NCBI GenBank assembly: GCA_040954595.2
Contig: CM082582.2
Coordinates: forward strand, 12,272,415-12,336,414
DNA length: 64,000 bases
Source of the DNA: Balanoglossus misakiensis
Lineage: Eukaryota; Animalia; Hemichordata
Direction: 5' to 3'
This document shows, piece after piece, positions 11,801-35,700 of this stretch. Numbering within the stretch: the first letter of the stretch is position 1; each line of letters opens with the position of its first letter. Position numbers and translations under genes: made by a program. The notes under the pieces are model-generated. The model searched no databases and had not been told where the DNA came from. It was given only the letters and a program-made list of their open reading frames with translations.

Positions 11801-14545
11801 CATTAATTAAGATTCATTGAAAATTGGTTCTCGACTCTGACTAACAAATCACCGTGACCGTGATCAGCATGGTACCCCATTAACGAGTGCGCGCTGTTCG
11901 GGAAGCGTCACAATATGATAATTAAGGAAACGTTTTAATAAGAATCGATTTGTCCCGTGAATTATTACTATTTTCGCACGTGTGTCAATTGGAGACCAGG
12001 CAATATCAATATTCTATTGGCGAGAGCATCACGTGACAGTTGCGGTTGTCATTTTGGCGTCTCTGTGTCTAGCGCAGTCGAGTCTTGCACGGTGCCCTTT
12101 GCAATTGGATGGATCTGTTTTCGCCGAGGCAGTGTAATATCGTTTTGATTGGTGCTCATCACAGTTTGAAATGGTTGTAACAAATGGAAGTACTCATCCT
12201 CATTGAAACAGGGGAATAGTAGGATTTTAAGGAAATGGTTAGGGAGGTGGCAAAACTTACTTAAAAGGGGGGGGGGGGTATTCCCTCTCTTTAGCTTCGT
12301 TCGTTGCATGTCATGTGCAGTCTGGTAGAATTTGCACACGCCCCCCCCCCCACCGAGTAATTCATGGCACTTCCATCTGCCAAGGGAAATTCATTTACAG
12401 CAAATTGATGGCATCAACAGCATCAACACACTTTAGTCACGATCCGAGAGATTGGAATAAAGACACTTTTGCGGCTCTCATGGGATTCCCACTGGAAACA
12501 GAGAAAAGAACATTTGGTTAGAAAAGCCACAGGGAAAATAAGATCTGGTCGAGGTGTTGTGTCAATTATCACAACGACATTCAAATTAAAAAAAATATCT
12601 TGAATTTTAAAGAAAGCATTCGGAAAAAATCTCAACAGACAAGTAGTAACCTTGAGAAAATAAACAGCACGAGATTTGAATAATGATTGGCGTAAACCGA
12701 TCGATGCAACGATTTTCTAGCAAGACTTTGTGAGCCCATATAAAATAATAGTCGACGGTAAAATAATGTGTTTCATTTCCTTTTGCAGAAGTGGGATCTA
12801 GATATTAGACGGGTTAGCGTCACCCGCTTGGTTTTCTCGATGCCTTAATACAAATTTCAGAGTTGAGATTTACATAATTGCTCAGATGCGGGCTTAAAGT
12901 GTCAGAAAAAGGCTGACATACATACTAATGCCTTTTTTCAGTGCATTTAACAATGGAGCATTGATCTAGGGCGATAAATCAATGACACATCGAGGTGTTT
13001 GAACCTATTCAATTAATTTAATACTCGGTTATAATTTTGACACCAGACGTGTCACCTCTGCCGAAAATGGCAACGCCCAGATTGGCAAGGGATGCCGACA
13101 TGATGGCAAGTCTTTAACACTCTGTGAAAAGGGGTGTCTCCGCCCCATATGCCGAGAAGTCGTCTGTGAAATTACGTGAGAATATACGCGGAAAATGTGC
13201 GATCAGAGATTATTTTTTTATTTGACCTTTTTATGGGCGAGTTCACGCAGACCAAATATGAAATAGAAGACTATTGAAAGTGAGGGGACAATAGAGTCGG
13301 AAAGAAAGCCCCGTTTTTGTTTGATTGGGATGAACCAACTCGAGTCATACTCGTAATATCTTTCTAATTTCCATGTTTATTGTGAAGATAAATCAGAGAA
13401 CCACTCTAAAATGACACATATCCAATCTATTCTCGCGTGGAGTTCATTACAGTTGAGCATAATGCGTTTTCAGAGGAACGTGTGCCAGCTAAGGTCGCTG
13501 TACATTGTGAAGAGAAGAAAAAGTCATTCAGACTGAATCTGGGAGAACACGTTGTCCGTGTGAATGGAGGAATGATACTTGACGTATACTCGTTGTATTA
13601 CTCATCCAGTCAAGGGCATTTGGATTCCTACGTGCTGTAAATATACAGGGAAATACAACCGTGGAACATTGTATATGTTGTTGTGATGTACCCAACACTC
13701 TCCTGTAAATTTGGTATTCACAAGGCGTCGACAGAAGCTTAAACTCTAATCCGCGGAGGGGATTTGCTCCGTGCGCGGACGACAGAAACTGTCAATTCTT
13801 CACAAGGAAACACACTGCAGATAACCGAACAGGAATATAGACGTGTTTTCGGCCGAGCACGAGCCAGGAGGGGAAGAAACCGGCGCCTGTGTTCGATCGG
13901 AGCTATCATTTTCATCGCCAGAAGACCGCGAAATGATAGAGAAAACTGTGTGTAATTGAGCTGATTGTTATCGACTGACAGGTTGGTTGGATCAAAGGAG
14001 GCGGCGTCGAGCGTCGATCAGCTATGGTCATGCAAACTGGTGTATTAATCAGAAACACTGGGTGCCGTCAGTGAGAGGATACTCCTCGCGGGATCTCACC
14101 TGCCTCAACGAATCCAGACCTATCACAATCGAACTCAGTGACATCACCAGGAGGCAAACCAGGCTACAGCTCTCTCTCTAAGACATAACCAAGGACACAT
14201 CCCTCTCATCATTACCATGGAAACGGACCCGGTCATGAACTAAGAGAGAGATTGACGCTAAAGAATTGATCGGTTTTAGTGTTTGATGAAACAGAGGAGG
14301 CGTGCGAAGTGCTTGGGTGCGTGCCACCAGCGCGTCGGAGTGTCGAGTTCATCACGTTATAAAGAAAAGGACAAAGAAACGTCATCATTCCATTTATCAC
14401 TTTTATTCTCTGTATCACATCGATACTCGTACGTGCCAAATATGAATGACTTATTTACATATGCATTGAGTATTTTCCCGTGAACATTGCTTCATATTGA
14501 TTTTGTTTTAAAATAATACCCAGCTTCATTGTCGGGTGTTATTTC

Positions 14546-17011
14546 ATGATTCACCTCGCTATGTATAACTACTTGCGCAGACATAGGTACAAAATCTTTG
14601 CAATCGTATTTTTATTCCTGTATTCCTGGGTTTGGATTTTTATAAACATCGAACCAGTGTCCACAGAGATTCCATCCAGCGGCGTTATGTAAGTACATAC
14701 CGAAGTTATTTTGCGTTTCTCGTTTAATTAGTATGGCTTTAATTTATAAAGTGGAATACGAAAACAAACACTGCTGGCATTAATTTAGCACGCTAACTCG
14801 TCATCAAACGAAGTGCAGATCCCGTTTCAGAATTACACGATGAAAATTCAGGATGATAACATATGCGTATATTGTTACGATATTCAACGATTTTTGAATT
14901 TTGGAATGCCAGGGAATATTACAAAACGAAACAAAGTTTTCAGAAATTAATGCAAATTAAACTAGAAGCAAAAATTCAAATCGGCAAAATACAGGGAAAA
15001 ATATTCACATTATAAATTTTATTCACGCCTTTTTAATTTGTGGTTCAACTGCAAGTAAACGTGTGCATATGTGTAATATATGCATACATCGGTACATGTG
15101 TGAGGACAAATTTGATTTATTTGGTATTACTTGTATAAAGGCGGTAGCCGTAGGCAATGCTGTAACGCGATCAATGCAGTAATAAAGATGCTGGCATTCA
15201 TCTGCGCACACAATGCACGAGTCTGCATCTGCTCCGCAAATTTTTAGAACGGAGTTTTTTTGTGATTTTATAGTCTGCAAATCCTGCAGGACGAAATTAT
15301 CATGTTTCTTAATCGTCATAACATTTAATTGACATAAATGTTTTAGCAGTGAAAATGACTTTGCAGGAACTCCATAATTGTTGTGTTATCAGCATGTTTC
15401 GCGAACATTGTCAACCACCCATTTCGTCTAATCATTACACGAATCGTTCTGACAAGGTATAATCTACTATGATTGTGTCTGCACATGTCTGATCGAAAGG
15501 CAACTATCGACTTTTAGTCAATAAGATGTATAGCATTTGTAAACATAAAACTCAGCCGACTAAGTCTTGAAATTTATTGAACAGAAAACCCCTGACAGAC
15601 CCCAGAGTAATAAGATTTTATCCCTTTCTTCAGACTGAGAAATGCCGTCGCCACGGGAACCAATAATCACGCAATTGTTCCAGATACGCCGGTATGGAAA
15701 GGGGAGTCTCCAGAGGGCGCAACAGACACACACAGCAGGGAAACGATCAGTGATGATACTGTCACGACCAGTGGCGAGGAATTTTACTCACTGAAGCCAT
15801 TTAAAATATACGTGTATGATTTACCTCCGCGATTTAATCGAGATCTTGCAGCGTGCGTACAGAGGATTGATCAATGTTTCCAGCTTGATGAGAAATATTT
15901 CGGCATGGGACCCGAGTTGCTAGGAGACGCAACTGCAGGAAACAGCTACCGGGATACGCATCAGTTTTCGCTTGAAGTTATATTGCATCATAAAATGCTA
16001 CACCATGAATTTCGCACGCACAACCCAGACGAAGCTGATTTATTCTATATTCCCTTCTATCCAGGAATTGCATGCTTTTGTAGATCTTTTCAAAAAGACA
16101 GTTTTGATTTGAACTCATTACACGGAGATTTATGGCAAAACTTAACGAGTAAATTGCCATATTTGGATCTGGGGAAACCACACGTAATGACCCTCAGCAA
16201 GATTGAACGGGAGCAATGGAGCGAAAGGTGCGGGATTTTGAGAGATTATGAATACGCCAACAAGATTAAATTTATCGGAATCGAAGAGGAGTACAAAACG
16301 GCATATAGGAGTTATTTCAAAAGAAGTAAACAACATCTCCTCGTCGCTCCGTATCCAAGTTACGGCCATCTCCTGGAAACGGGGCACGAAACAGCCGTTC
16401 AGTCCAACGTTTATCAGTCACCGTACAGTGAAAATAGCGCCGAAAGGAAAGTCTTTGCATTCATGGCTGCGAGCGCTTCCAAAAACCACGAAGTGAGAGA
16501 CATTTTGAAAGCTTGGTTGTACAAAACTGATCAGGATTATCAGACGTACGTGGGATCCAACCTGGAGGAGAGTCAATTTGAAGGGGTTTGGTATGTCACA
16601 CCTGAATGCGATCATTCCAGAAAATTACCCACCATACAATGGATGCAACACAGCGTATTCTGCTTGCAACCGCCTGGCGACTCACCCACCCGAAAATCAT
16701 TCTACGACGCCGCTTTTGTCGGCTGCATCCCGGTTACTTTCTTGCCAGAACACCTCCTCGTCAAATACCCCTTCCAGAGATATCTGAACTACAGCGAGTT
16801 TACCGTGAATTTTGGACTGGAAACTTTCTTGGCGGAAGCTCCAGACATTGTGGAACTCCTGAGAGAAATACCAGACTATGAAATCGATCGTCTTCGCGAT
16901 AATCTGATTAAAGTCAGACAATTTTTGCAATACTCCTACCCACCAAATGTAAAAAGTCATGATGCCTTTCATATGATACTTAAAGAATTAGGTGAAATAT
17001 TTAAATTATAG
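14546..17011 (+). CDS. Exostosin-family GT47 glycosyltransferase resembling plant xyloglucan galactosyltransferases (MUR3/KATAMARI1-like); type II Golgi membrane protein, 2 coding exons
   Basis: Exon 14546-14688 encodes a cytosolic tail and TM helix (MIHLAMYNYLRRHRYKIFAIVFLFLYSWVWIFINIE...) and ends at a GTAAGT donor in phase 2. It matches the TTCAG acceptor at 15634. Exon 15634-17011 encodes a stem and the GT47 motifs FKIYVYDLPPRFN, THQFSLEVILH, PDEADLFYIPFY, PYPS and SVFCLQPPGDSPTRKSFYDA..GCIPV.F. There is no GT64 domain. Confidence 0.88.
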
Positions 17012-19216
17012 ATATTTTAAAGGTATTTTAAGAATTAGGTGCAATATATTCATATAATATATGTTAAACACAAGCTGACAATTAATGTCGAGATGGGTTT
17101 TACAGTGAGTTTGTCACCCCGTCGATATTTTTGATATGTTGTATGCGTGAGCGACTGTCGCTTGCTTCCAAGGAAAAAGCGCAACTCTAAGATGGTCACG
17201 TGACCATAATGCGCATCCTACAGCTAATCGTTCACACGTCCGAATAATGGGCGATTCCCGACCGTCTTTCTTGAAGGACTGTGATAGAAAGTACATGTAT
17301 TTAGAAGAACGTATAGGTTCACTGCTATTCTATGGCATTGGCCAAGATGCAGCATAGTTCAATGGAGCAATAATATATTCACCAAATATAATCATAAATA
17401 TTCGTTTTATTTCATATAAAATAAAATCTTTATCAAACTCAAACGGACTCTGTTGTGATGTCGGGTTCTAGAATTCCAAATCTGCAATCTCAAAACCACA
17501 TATAGTGGCAGAGAAGATGTACAGTGTGTCTTGACCATCAGGTCGTCGTGTTTGTTTCGCTATCTCTCATGTGATTGTAAATGCATGAGCAATGATAGTG
17601 AGCTGGTCTAAATCTCATGGCATATCCTTACCTGGGGGTTGGTTTATTGTTGAAATATATCATAGTCTCAGAGTATGTAGGATAATGCTTGTGCAACAAA
17701 CTATATGTATCAGTTTTTGAGAGACACTCAATACATGGGATGACAGTTATATAACAAAATACAAGAAACACCATGCGGACATTGTATGTAAAATAATTTA
17801 TTATAAAAAAAGTAAACTGATAGAAAGGCACAGTGACTGAAGGTCATACCAAGGTCACTTGGTGGACTGATTTGATTAACACACAGCACAGAAAAGAAAC
17901 CCACTTGGCCAATCTTTGTGACTGTGTCGACTAAAAACAATAAAGACTTTACTTCTTCTAAAGTTCACTGTTCTGAGTGACTGGTGATGTTCTCACAGGG
18001 CAGATCATTTTATTGCACAAAGTAGACTAACAAGGAGATCAACAAAGATTGAAAATCCATTGAGACAAGTTTGACTAACTGTGCGTTGCTGAGTAGATTT
18101 GATAATGAGCCTGAATCTGTCTAGATCAGGAAAATATGAGAACAATAAATCATAACCGAGGAAAGCAATCAGTGATCATGAAAACTTGACATCTCAACTA
18201 AACAAAGTACATGTATATAAAAGTCTATCTGAGTAGAATAATACATGGTTTTGAGAACTGTGTCCATTACAAAATTGTACACAGGCTCATGTTGATAAAC
18301 TAAAGAATGGGTGTTGCTCATAGGAGGTAGGGTATTGGCACAATGGGATTGAACAGAGTTTTCTACCTGAGACATATAATACTCTACAATTTGAAGTTAA
18401 GAACAATTTAAAAAGAATTTAAGTTTTAATATGATAGCCACTTGTTTCTTTTTGTGCACTTCCCCAGTGGAGTATGGAATGCCAAAAGATCAGTCCATTT
18501 TCATTGATCACATAAAAATCAAAGTCACAAAATCACAACTTGTAGTTTCAAGTTTTACATAATTACTGGAACTCACACAATGATCAAAATCACAAATGTA
18601 ATGTACACAAATTACCAAACAAATCCACATTGTCAACATCTTTAAACAATTGAAATGTAGGGAATTATCCAAACCACAGAATGATCAGAGTTTAGTAACA
18701 GCAAAATTGTGGTAAAAAGTTTCTGGCTGAAGATCAAATTACTGATGCTTGATCAGATGAAGTTGTTTTTTCATATAATACATCAAAGTCACTGAAAAAA
18801 TATCTACATTTCTGTCACCATTTCCACTGGAACATACTGTAGGTGGTTTTTGTAAATGTCCTTTTTCTGATATACACTGAGCGATCATACGGAGCTGTGT
18901 GTCACAGGTTTATAAAAGGATGGAAAACTCAGTCATCAACTTTAATTCAGGAGAGGTATATTGAGTATGAATAATGTATGTATGAATGAATTAATTAATC
19001 TACACTGCATTGAAGATCATAGGTTCAACATACCACTGTACACCTTTTTAACAGCAACCTGGGTTAGTGCAATTGACCCTATGACCTTTTATGCAAAACT
19101 CATAATATGAGCACTTCTACATGTAACACCCAGTGTTGGAATGAATTTTCAAATTAACAAGCAGTTTATGTTTAACTGAAGGAACAAATCATATATTTTT
19201 TCCACTGAAGAAGTTG

Positions 19217-28792
<9,576 letters not shown>

Positions 28793-29849
28793 TTTCGATG
28801 GAGTAAACTATTATAGTCATCATTGAAGAACGTTAGGAAAAGAAGACGCTACAGATATTCCTTGAATTAAAAAGCTTAATGTGTAAAGAAAACCGCTATA
28901 ATAGTATCATCCACCACGAAGAGAATGCCAACACACGTCGTACCGGTTACACGAATACATACACAGAAATGAATCACCATAAAATGGCGTTGACGCATGC
29001 GTCTTATGTAGAGAGGTCAAAGGTTACACTTACTTGTACACGTTTTTCCCACACTAGTTTCTTCATTAGTTGTTTCAAAACCGCGAACTTACCTTAGTAA
29101 ACAGTTGCTGGATGATAGTGTCTCTGGATCATGAATTTCTAATACTCAACATGTGAATAATCCAGGTCACGACCCCAATGTTCAGATCAAAACAGTGTTT
29201 TTTGATGTCAGAAATCAGACAAAGCTGTCCCAACATGCAATACATGTACAGCAGAATGAGAAAAAAATGACTCCAATACACACAGAATACAATATTCTGT
29301 GTGTATAAATTGTTTTTGAGAAAATGTTTAATGTACATCTAAAGTAATCAATGTACAATGTATAAGGAAAACTATACAGTATTGTAATCATGTTTATCCA
29401 GGGATAACAAAACAAAAAACAAAATAGGAATATCATACAATCACAAAATCTTTCTGAACTATTAAGCAAACTATTCTATTTATTTTCAAATTTGTTTGTG
29501 ACACGATTGTTTGTATGCTATCTTTACAGATCCAATAAGTGTTGAGGAAAAAAAACATGTTGCATAAGATGTTCTCTCTGAGTATCATCTGTAATGAAAT
29601 CAAACAGTCTAGAAGTATAATTGTAAAGTAACATAAAGTATACTTGGCAGTGACTATATACATGTAAAGAACACAATATTGAAGTCCACAGGAATTCAAG
29701 TTCCTGAATTAAAAATGTATGTTTAATTTTGACATTTTGATCTGATGTACACTGCAAAACAGAAATATTGTCCCTTTCCTCAGTAACATATGGTTTGAAG
29801 AACTGACTATTCCATGGTCTTCCATAAATTGTACATCACATCTACCAGT

Positions 29850-32230
29850 TCATGTTGATGGCAATGTTTCAACTACAACCTGAGTCAGGTGACGGAGAAC
29901 TTGGTGAACATATCCATCAGAGAGAATCTGGAATAAAACATAGATGGAATAGAAGTTAAAAGTTAAATGCAAACATATCCGCTGATCATTCAATCTACAT
30001 CACTTATGTAGATTTGGCCAATTTGGCATTACCTGTGTTTCAAGCTGATGGATGTTTTTAAATACGTTACTGTTTTAGTGACACAAAACCTACCTTCACT
30101 CTTCCCTCAGTCCCAACAAATGCAGCATTGCACCCAATTCTGCTCAGCATCATCGCCTATGGGAATAGAATGAAGTCATCGTCATCATTCTCTCATTAGA
30201 CCTATGTAAGCAGTCAAGAAAAAATTACTATTTCCAGCAGTAAACAGTCATGTGTCTTGATCCTAGAATGGTAAACTTCCAAGTTTTGGATCCCCACTAA
30301 GTCAAGCCCCACTTTGTACTCACGGCCAGGTTAATTTTGAAGTGACTGAAGAAATGAGACTCCAAAGCCTGGATAAATGCAGACATCTCTTCAACGGTGA
30401 AGTCATCAGAAGTTTCATTATGGATACTGAAAATCAAGTTTGCCATAAACACAATATAGATTATAAATTCACTGTATAAAGTTCTCTTTACAAAATGATC
30501 CTAAATGCTTGAACTACAGAAATGTACAGAATGGTTACACGTATACATGTACGCACCTGTCCCAGATTTTTTTGACATCTTTGGCTTCTGTTGTCATGGC
30601 AATGGATTTGAGACCTTTGACCCCATCGGGAACTGTGTACAACAGCTCCAATGGATGTGCTTTCATGACTCTATTGTCTGAGTCATCATTATCTGTGGTA
30701 GAGAAGAAAGATTCAGTTTCATTTGTGAAGCTACTGTAGCTGAACAACATCTACAAAATCACATTCTCACTATCACCTCTGAGGGTCAATGACATCACTT
30801 ACCTGTAGTAAGCCCACTCCACATGGCTGCCATCCAGGCTAACTCCATTGGAGGAAGATGTAAACTGCTGATACAGCAATCAAACTGTGTCTGCAAAAAA
30901 TAAATTACATTTGTTGTAATCTACAATGGCATAGGTATATATACTTGCATTGCAATGCAATCCAATATGTGCACCAGTGATTTGGTATGATTTAAAAAAA
31001 ATCAATATACATGCACACATACCTGTAACCATGAGATAACAAGCCTTGTAACAGCTACAGTGCCTTTGACTAGTAACACTGGTAAATAGACAAAACTCCT
31101 CTGTTTGGCAGCAAAGTCTGTATCAAATTCCACTGAACACAAAACACAGGTTAAGATAACTTTTCCTTCCTTACTACCATTCTGAGGTTTGGTTCTGACT
31201 GTGATTTCCACAGCCTCTGCATCATCTACAGATGAAGAATAATTAATGTAAGAAAATACTATGAATGGTCAAGTATGACACGAAAGCTGAAATGTTACTT
31301 TATACAGAACTGTTTCTGATATTCACTTTTTTCCAATTTCATTTGATTTCACAATGGTTTTTACCTTCACTGAAAGCTACTCCTGTCAAAGTCTGAAACA
31401 AAGCTTTATCACCAAGTTCACTTGATGTATCAACTGCAATTCCTTTGTGTTTTTCCTGTAAAATTTAGAGAAAGAATGTGTTGAAGTTCCATGAGTGTTA
31501 GGGAAATTACATGTGCTTCATAAAAATTAACTTTATCATAATTTGCCCGTTTTACTACCTATGTTTTGATAAAAAGAAGTATAATTTTTAATTTTAATGG
31601 GTAATTTATGGTTTTTGGAGAAAAGTCAAGATAAGTATTACTTACAGCTTCTAAATATACTGACAATTGCCTGGAGTATTTTTTCAAGTCTGGCTGCAAA
31701 TGTGAAAACTTGTAAAGTGGTGTAACTCTATATACATGCCAGGTCTTCCCTACCAATTCTGTAAAAAAATCATCATAATTCACGGTATGAATTTTCTTTA
31801 TATGTTGTGTTATACATGTAATTCATGCTGAACACACTCACAAATGTGATACCATATTATAAACATTACCCTTTACTCTGGATGTGTTTTCTGTTGGAAC
31901 ATCTGCCAGGGCAATTCTTCTCTGTCCTTTGCCTACAATACAAATGCAAGTCTTTTGTTATTGTTCCACTGGAGTATCGATATGCTTCCCATGTGTAACC
32001 AAAGCTTACAGTAATACAGAATGTTATGATTGACGAAAACTGCTCCACAATGTCCCCTACTTGCACTTACTTTTCAACCTTCTCGATTTGGGTGTTTTGG
32101 TATAAGGCGTGTGTCGCCTGGCTAGCCATGGTGTTGTTGCATGATTGGCAGGAGTATGTCCTTCCTGCAGCTGGGAAGCAAGAAGTGGTGTTGTCTGTGA
32201 TAAACTTAGTGGAGTCCTTTTAGATGCCAT
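29850..32230 (-). CDS. CENPL: Centromere protein L, about 10 coding exons
   Basis: Spliced peptides LVGKTWHVYRVTPLYKFS..LKKYSRQL, LPVLLVKG...ISWLQ|TQFDCCIS...LAWMAAMW and LESHFFSHFKI match CENP-L signatures. The N-terminus from ATG 32230 is TP-rich, and the last exon ends ...VETLPST* at 29850. A 5'UTR intron lies at about 32237-32453. Confidence 0.85.
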
Positions 32231-32790
32231 CGTGGCCTGGTTGTGATAAAGAATGAATGATCAATATAATTGTTAGTAAAAACCGCAAAAATGACAACAT
32301 TGGATCTGACAGGATACATGTACATTGCAGTGCAGTGATGGATCACCGGTGACAGTGCTGCAGCAACCATGGAGATCTGCTCACCGACTCTCTTGCCAGC
32401 GCTAGCTAAGAATCGGTAGGCAGGTCTGCCGAAACATTAGTTATTATACGCACCTTTCAATCGAATATGCCAGAAAACGTTACATATTTTCATGAAATCA
32501 AACGGGACACATTCCCATTTGTTGTTTTCAATTTTAAAAAAGAGCGCCCTCCTATCCCAGAATGCACTTCAAAAATATCCTCGTTCGCACAATTAGATTT
32601 CTTTCAGACATTTATCTTCGAGGTTTACATAAACGAATGAGAACATGAAATACTTTTTCATATGAACACATATTTCAAATTTCTTTAATATATCTACAAT
32701 GCCCAGAAAAATCTTAATGTCAGGAATCAGTTTTCTCTAGTACAAAGTTGGGACGAGAGATAGACTAACGAGTTTTCAAGATGGCGACGC
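32231..32790. promoter_or_regulatory. Bidirectional CENPL/CTDP1 promoter with ZNF143(Staf)-like and YY1 motifs
   Basis: TCCCAGAATGCAC at 32555-32567 and CTACAATGCCCAGAA at 32694-32708 resemble SBS/ZNF143 motifs typical of bidirectional promoters. CAAGATGGCG (YY1) overlaps the CTDP1 ATG. Confidence 0.6.
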
Positions 32791-35700
32791 CCTTGAAAAC
32801 TGTGTGTTTACCAGGAAAAATTTCATCTCGTATCACGGAATGGAAAGTCAAATCCGGATCAACTATCAACCAAGGGAGCATTCTTGCCCTCTACGAAACA
32901 GTGAATGCGGAAAACGGCGACAACAAGTCGCCCGAGAAGCTAAAATTGAAGTCAAACGAGGCGGGTACGGTGACAGAAATAGTGGCGAAGGAAGGTCAAA
33001 CTGTAACCCCTGGGTAAGGTTTCTTGTCTGCAACATAACTTCCATTTACATATCTTGCATGCCTGTGAAAGAAGAAGAATCTGTACATTTTCAGAAACAA
33101 TATTTTACTTGAAATAATGTTGAACGAGTAATAGATTTGTAGTTATGCTTTAGGTCGTGACCTTTGACCTATGTGTGTAAAATGTGTTTACAAACAAATT
33201 TTCCAGGTCTGTGCTGATGTACCTTGAGGGATGTACACACCCGACGGTAATGAAAGATATGTGTGCTGAATGTGGAGCAGATTTGAGAGTGTAAGTATTA
33301 TTTAAACTCATCTCTTTTACCTACTCATTAGCATATTCATAAGCTCACATAATTAACTTTTAAAACAATTAAAAATTCATCCAAGCCAGGTGACATTTAA
33401 GAATAGTACATAGGTGTAAGGCACACATAACCAACTACACAAAATAAAGTCGGTCGTTATTCTGTCAAAAAGTATTGTTCATCTGGGAGAACTTCAAGGT
33501 CCGTCTTGTCATTTGTACAAATGTGAAGGTTGTTAAATTTTGTGTTTTTATTTTAAATTTTTCCAGGTCAGATGGCCAGCCGGGGGAGCGTTTACAACCA
33601 TCAACAGCATCAGTTGCTATGCTCCACAGTATACCTGAACTACAAGTCAGTCAAGAGGTAACTTAATTTAAGTTTTACATCTGAAAAACCTGTTCATAGT
33701 ATGTACTCGTGTATACTTTACAACCCATCACAGATGTGACACTATTTTGACATCAGTTGACCTTTAATGCCGATTGAAATTGCTACTATGCATTAATAAT
33801 AATAAATATTGTGTTCGTGCTTTTCAGCAAGCTACACAGCTTGCACTTGCAGATCAACAGCAGTTATTAAAAAGCAGGAAACTGGTTTGTATTGTTGACC
33901 TTGACCAGACAATAATCCACACAACAATGGAAAATGTCCCACAAAATTTAAAGGTAACACTTCTCAATAATTTTTTCTCATCTTCCTAGTCATGTAAAAT
34001 CTAATTGTGTTACAGTATCTCACTTGTGTCTGTCATATGTGATACTGGCATGGTAGATTTGAAAACAGATTTGATGAAATATAAATTATATCCTGTTTTC
34101 TCCTTCTTCAGGATGTCCACCACTTCAAGCTAGAGTCAGGACCGCAGTCTCCTTGGTTCCACACTAGAGTCCGACCAGGGTGTAAAGAATTCCTGGAGAA
34201 AATAGCCAAGCTGTATGAACTCCATATATTCACATTTGGAGCCCGCATGTATGCCCACATGGTAGCTGGCTGTATTGATCCGGACAAGAAACTGTTCTCC
34301 CACAGAATTTTATCCAGAAATGAGTGCTTTGATCCCAATTCCAAAACTGCCAATCTCAAGTAAGATAAATTGATTTCATGGCATTGTATTTGTCTTTGTG
34401 GGAATTGGTCACTGAAAAGGAGTGTATTGTTATTTGTTTCATGTTCAACCTTCTGAATGATACAGAATTCAGAAACATTATTAAGTTTCTATATTAATTC
34501 CATTGACCAGCGTAGTGGTATAATATAAGTGGCAATTTGTACACTCTTATATAACCAAGTTTTCATATTGTATGCTTTACGTGTTTTCAAAACTAATTTT
34601 GCAATTTCATGTATGTGTCATTCTAGGTCCATCTTCCCTTGTGGTGATAATTTGGTGTGCATCATAGATGACAGAGAAGATGTGTGGAATTTTGCACCTA
34701 ACATGATTCACGTGAAACCATACCATTTCTTTGAAGGGACAGGAGACATCAACTCCCCAATGCCTGCCAAAGATTGTGAACAGAATCTCAAAAGTAAAAA
34801 CAAACCATCCAAAGATGTTAATGCTACCTCCTTGCCAGAAAATAACAATGTGAAAAATCAGGAAGGTGTCGTTGATGAGAAAAGTGAACAATCTTTGGAT
34901 ACTGACAACAAAGAGGAAGATGGGGAGGAGGAGGAGGAGGGAGAGATCGAGGAGCAAGGGGAGGGGGAATCTGGTTCTGACACAACAGACAGCAAAAATG
35001 GGAATGCAAGGAAAGAGAGGCTTGAGCAGGAAAATCAAGAGACTATCAAAGATGAGAAGATGGAAGGAGATGGGAAAGTAGAACCAAAACCAGAGGATAC
35101 AAGGCAGGAAGATGCAAAATCAGAGGACACTAAAACTGTTGCCACAAGTCCAGAGAAGACTGATGAGAATGGAGTCAGTGGAGATAAGAGTGAGAAAGTG
35201 GATTCCAAAACAGATGTGCCGAAAGAAGATTCCAATAACTTGGCTCCAGATCAAGATGATGATGATTATCTTTTCCACCTGGAAGACATTTTGGAGAGCA
35301 TCCATCGTAAGTTTTATGAAATCTATGACGGTTTCCAGAAGCAAAAGGAGTCCTCTGAAGCTGAGATTCCAGATTTGAAGATGATCGTACCAGCCATGAG
35401 GAAGGAAGTCTTAAAGGGGTCCAATATACTCTTCACTGGTGTTTTCCCTACAAACATGCCGCCCGAGAAGAGCAGAGCTTGGAAGGTTGCAAAAGCTCTT
35501 GGAGCCAATGTCCAAACTGCCTTTGTTGCCAGAGCAAAAGACAATAAAAACAAAGGCAGTGCCACAACACATGTTGTTGCTGCCAATGCAGGGACCGCAA
35601 AAGTGAAGCAAGCTCAGTACTCCAGGGGTGTACATATCGTGACACCTGATTGGCTGTGGTGTTGCTATGACAGATGGGAATGTGTAGACGAGAGACTCTT

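Noticed and set aside
12180-12380. Poly-G ... poly-C bounded segment suggesting a foldback element
   Set aside because: Terminal inverted similarity (atggaagt) is too short and no target-site duplication could be defined.
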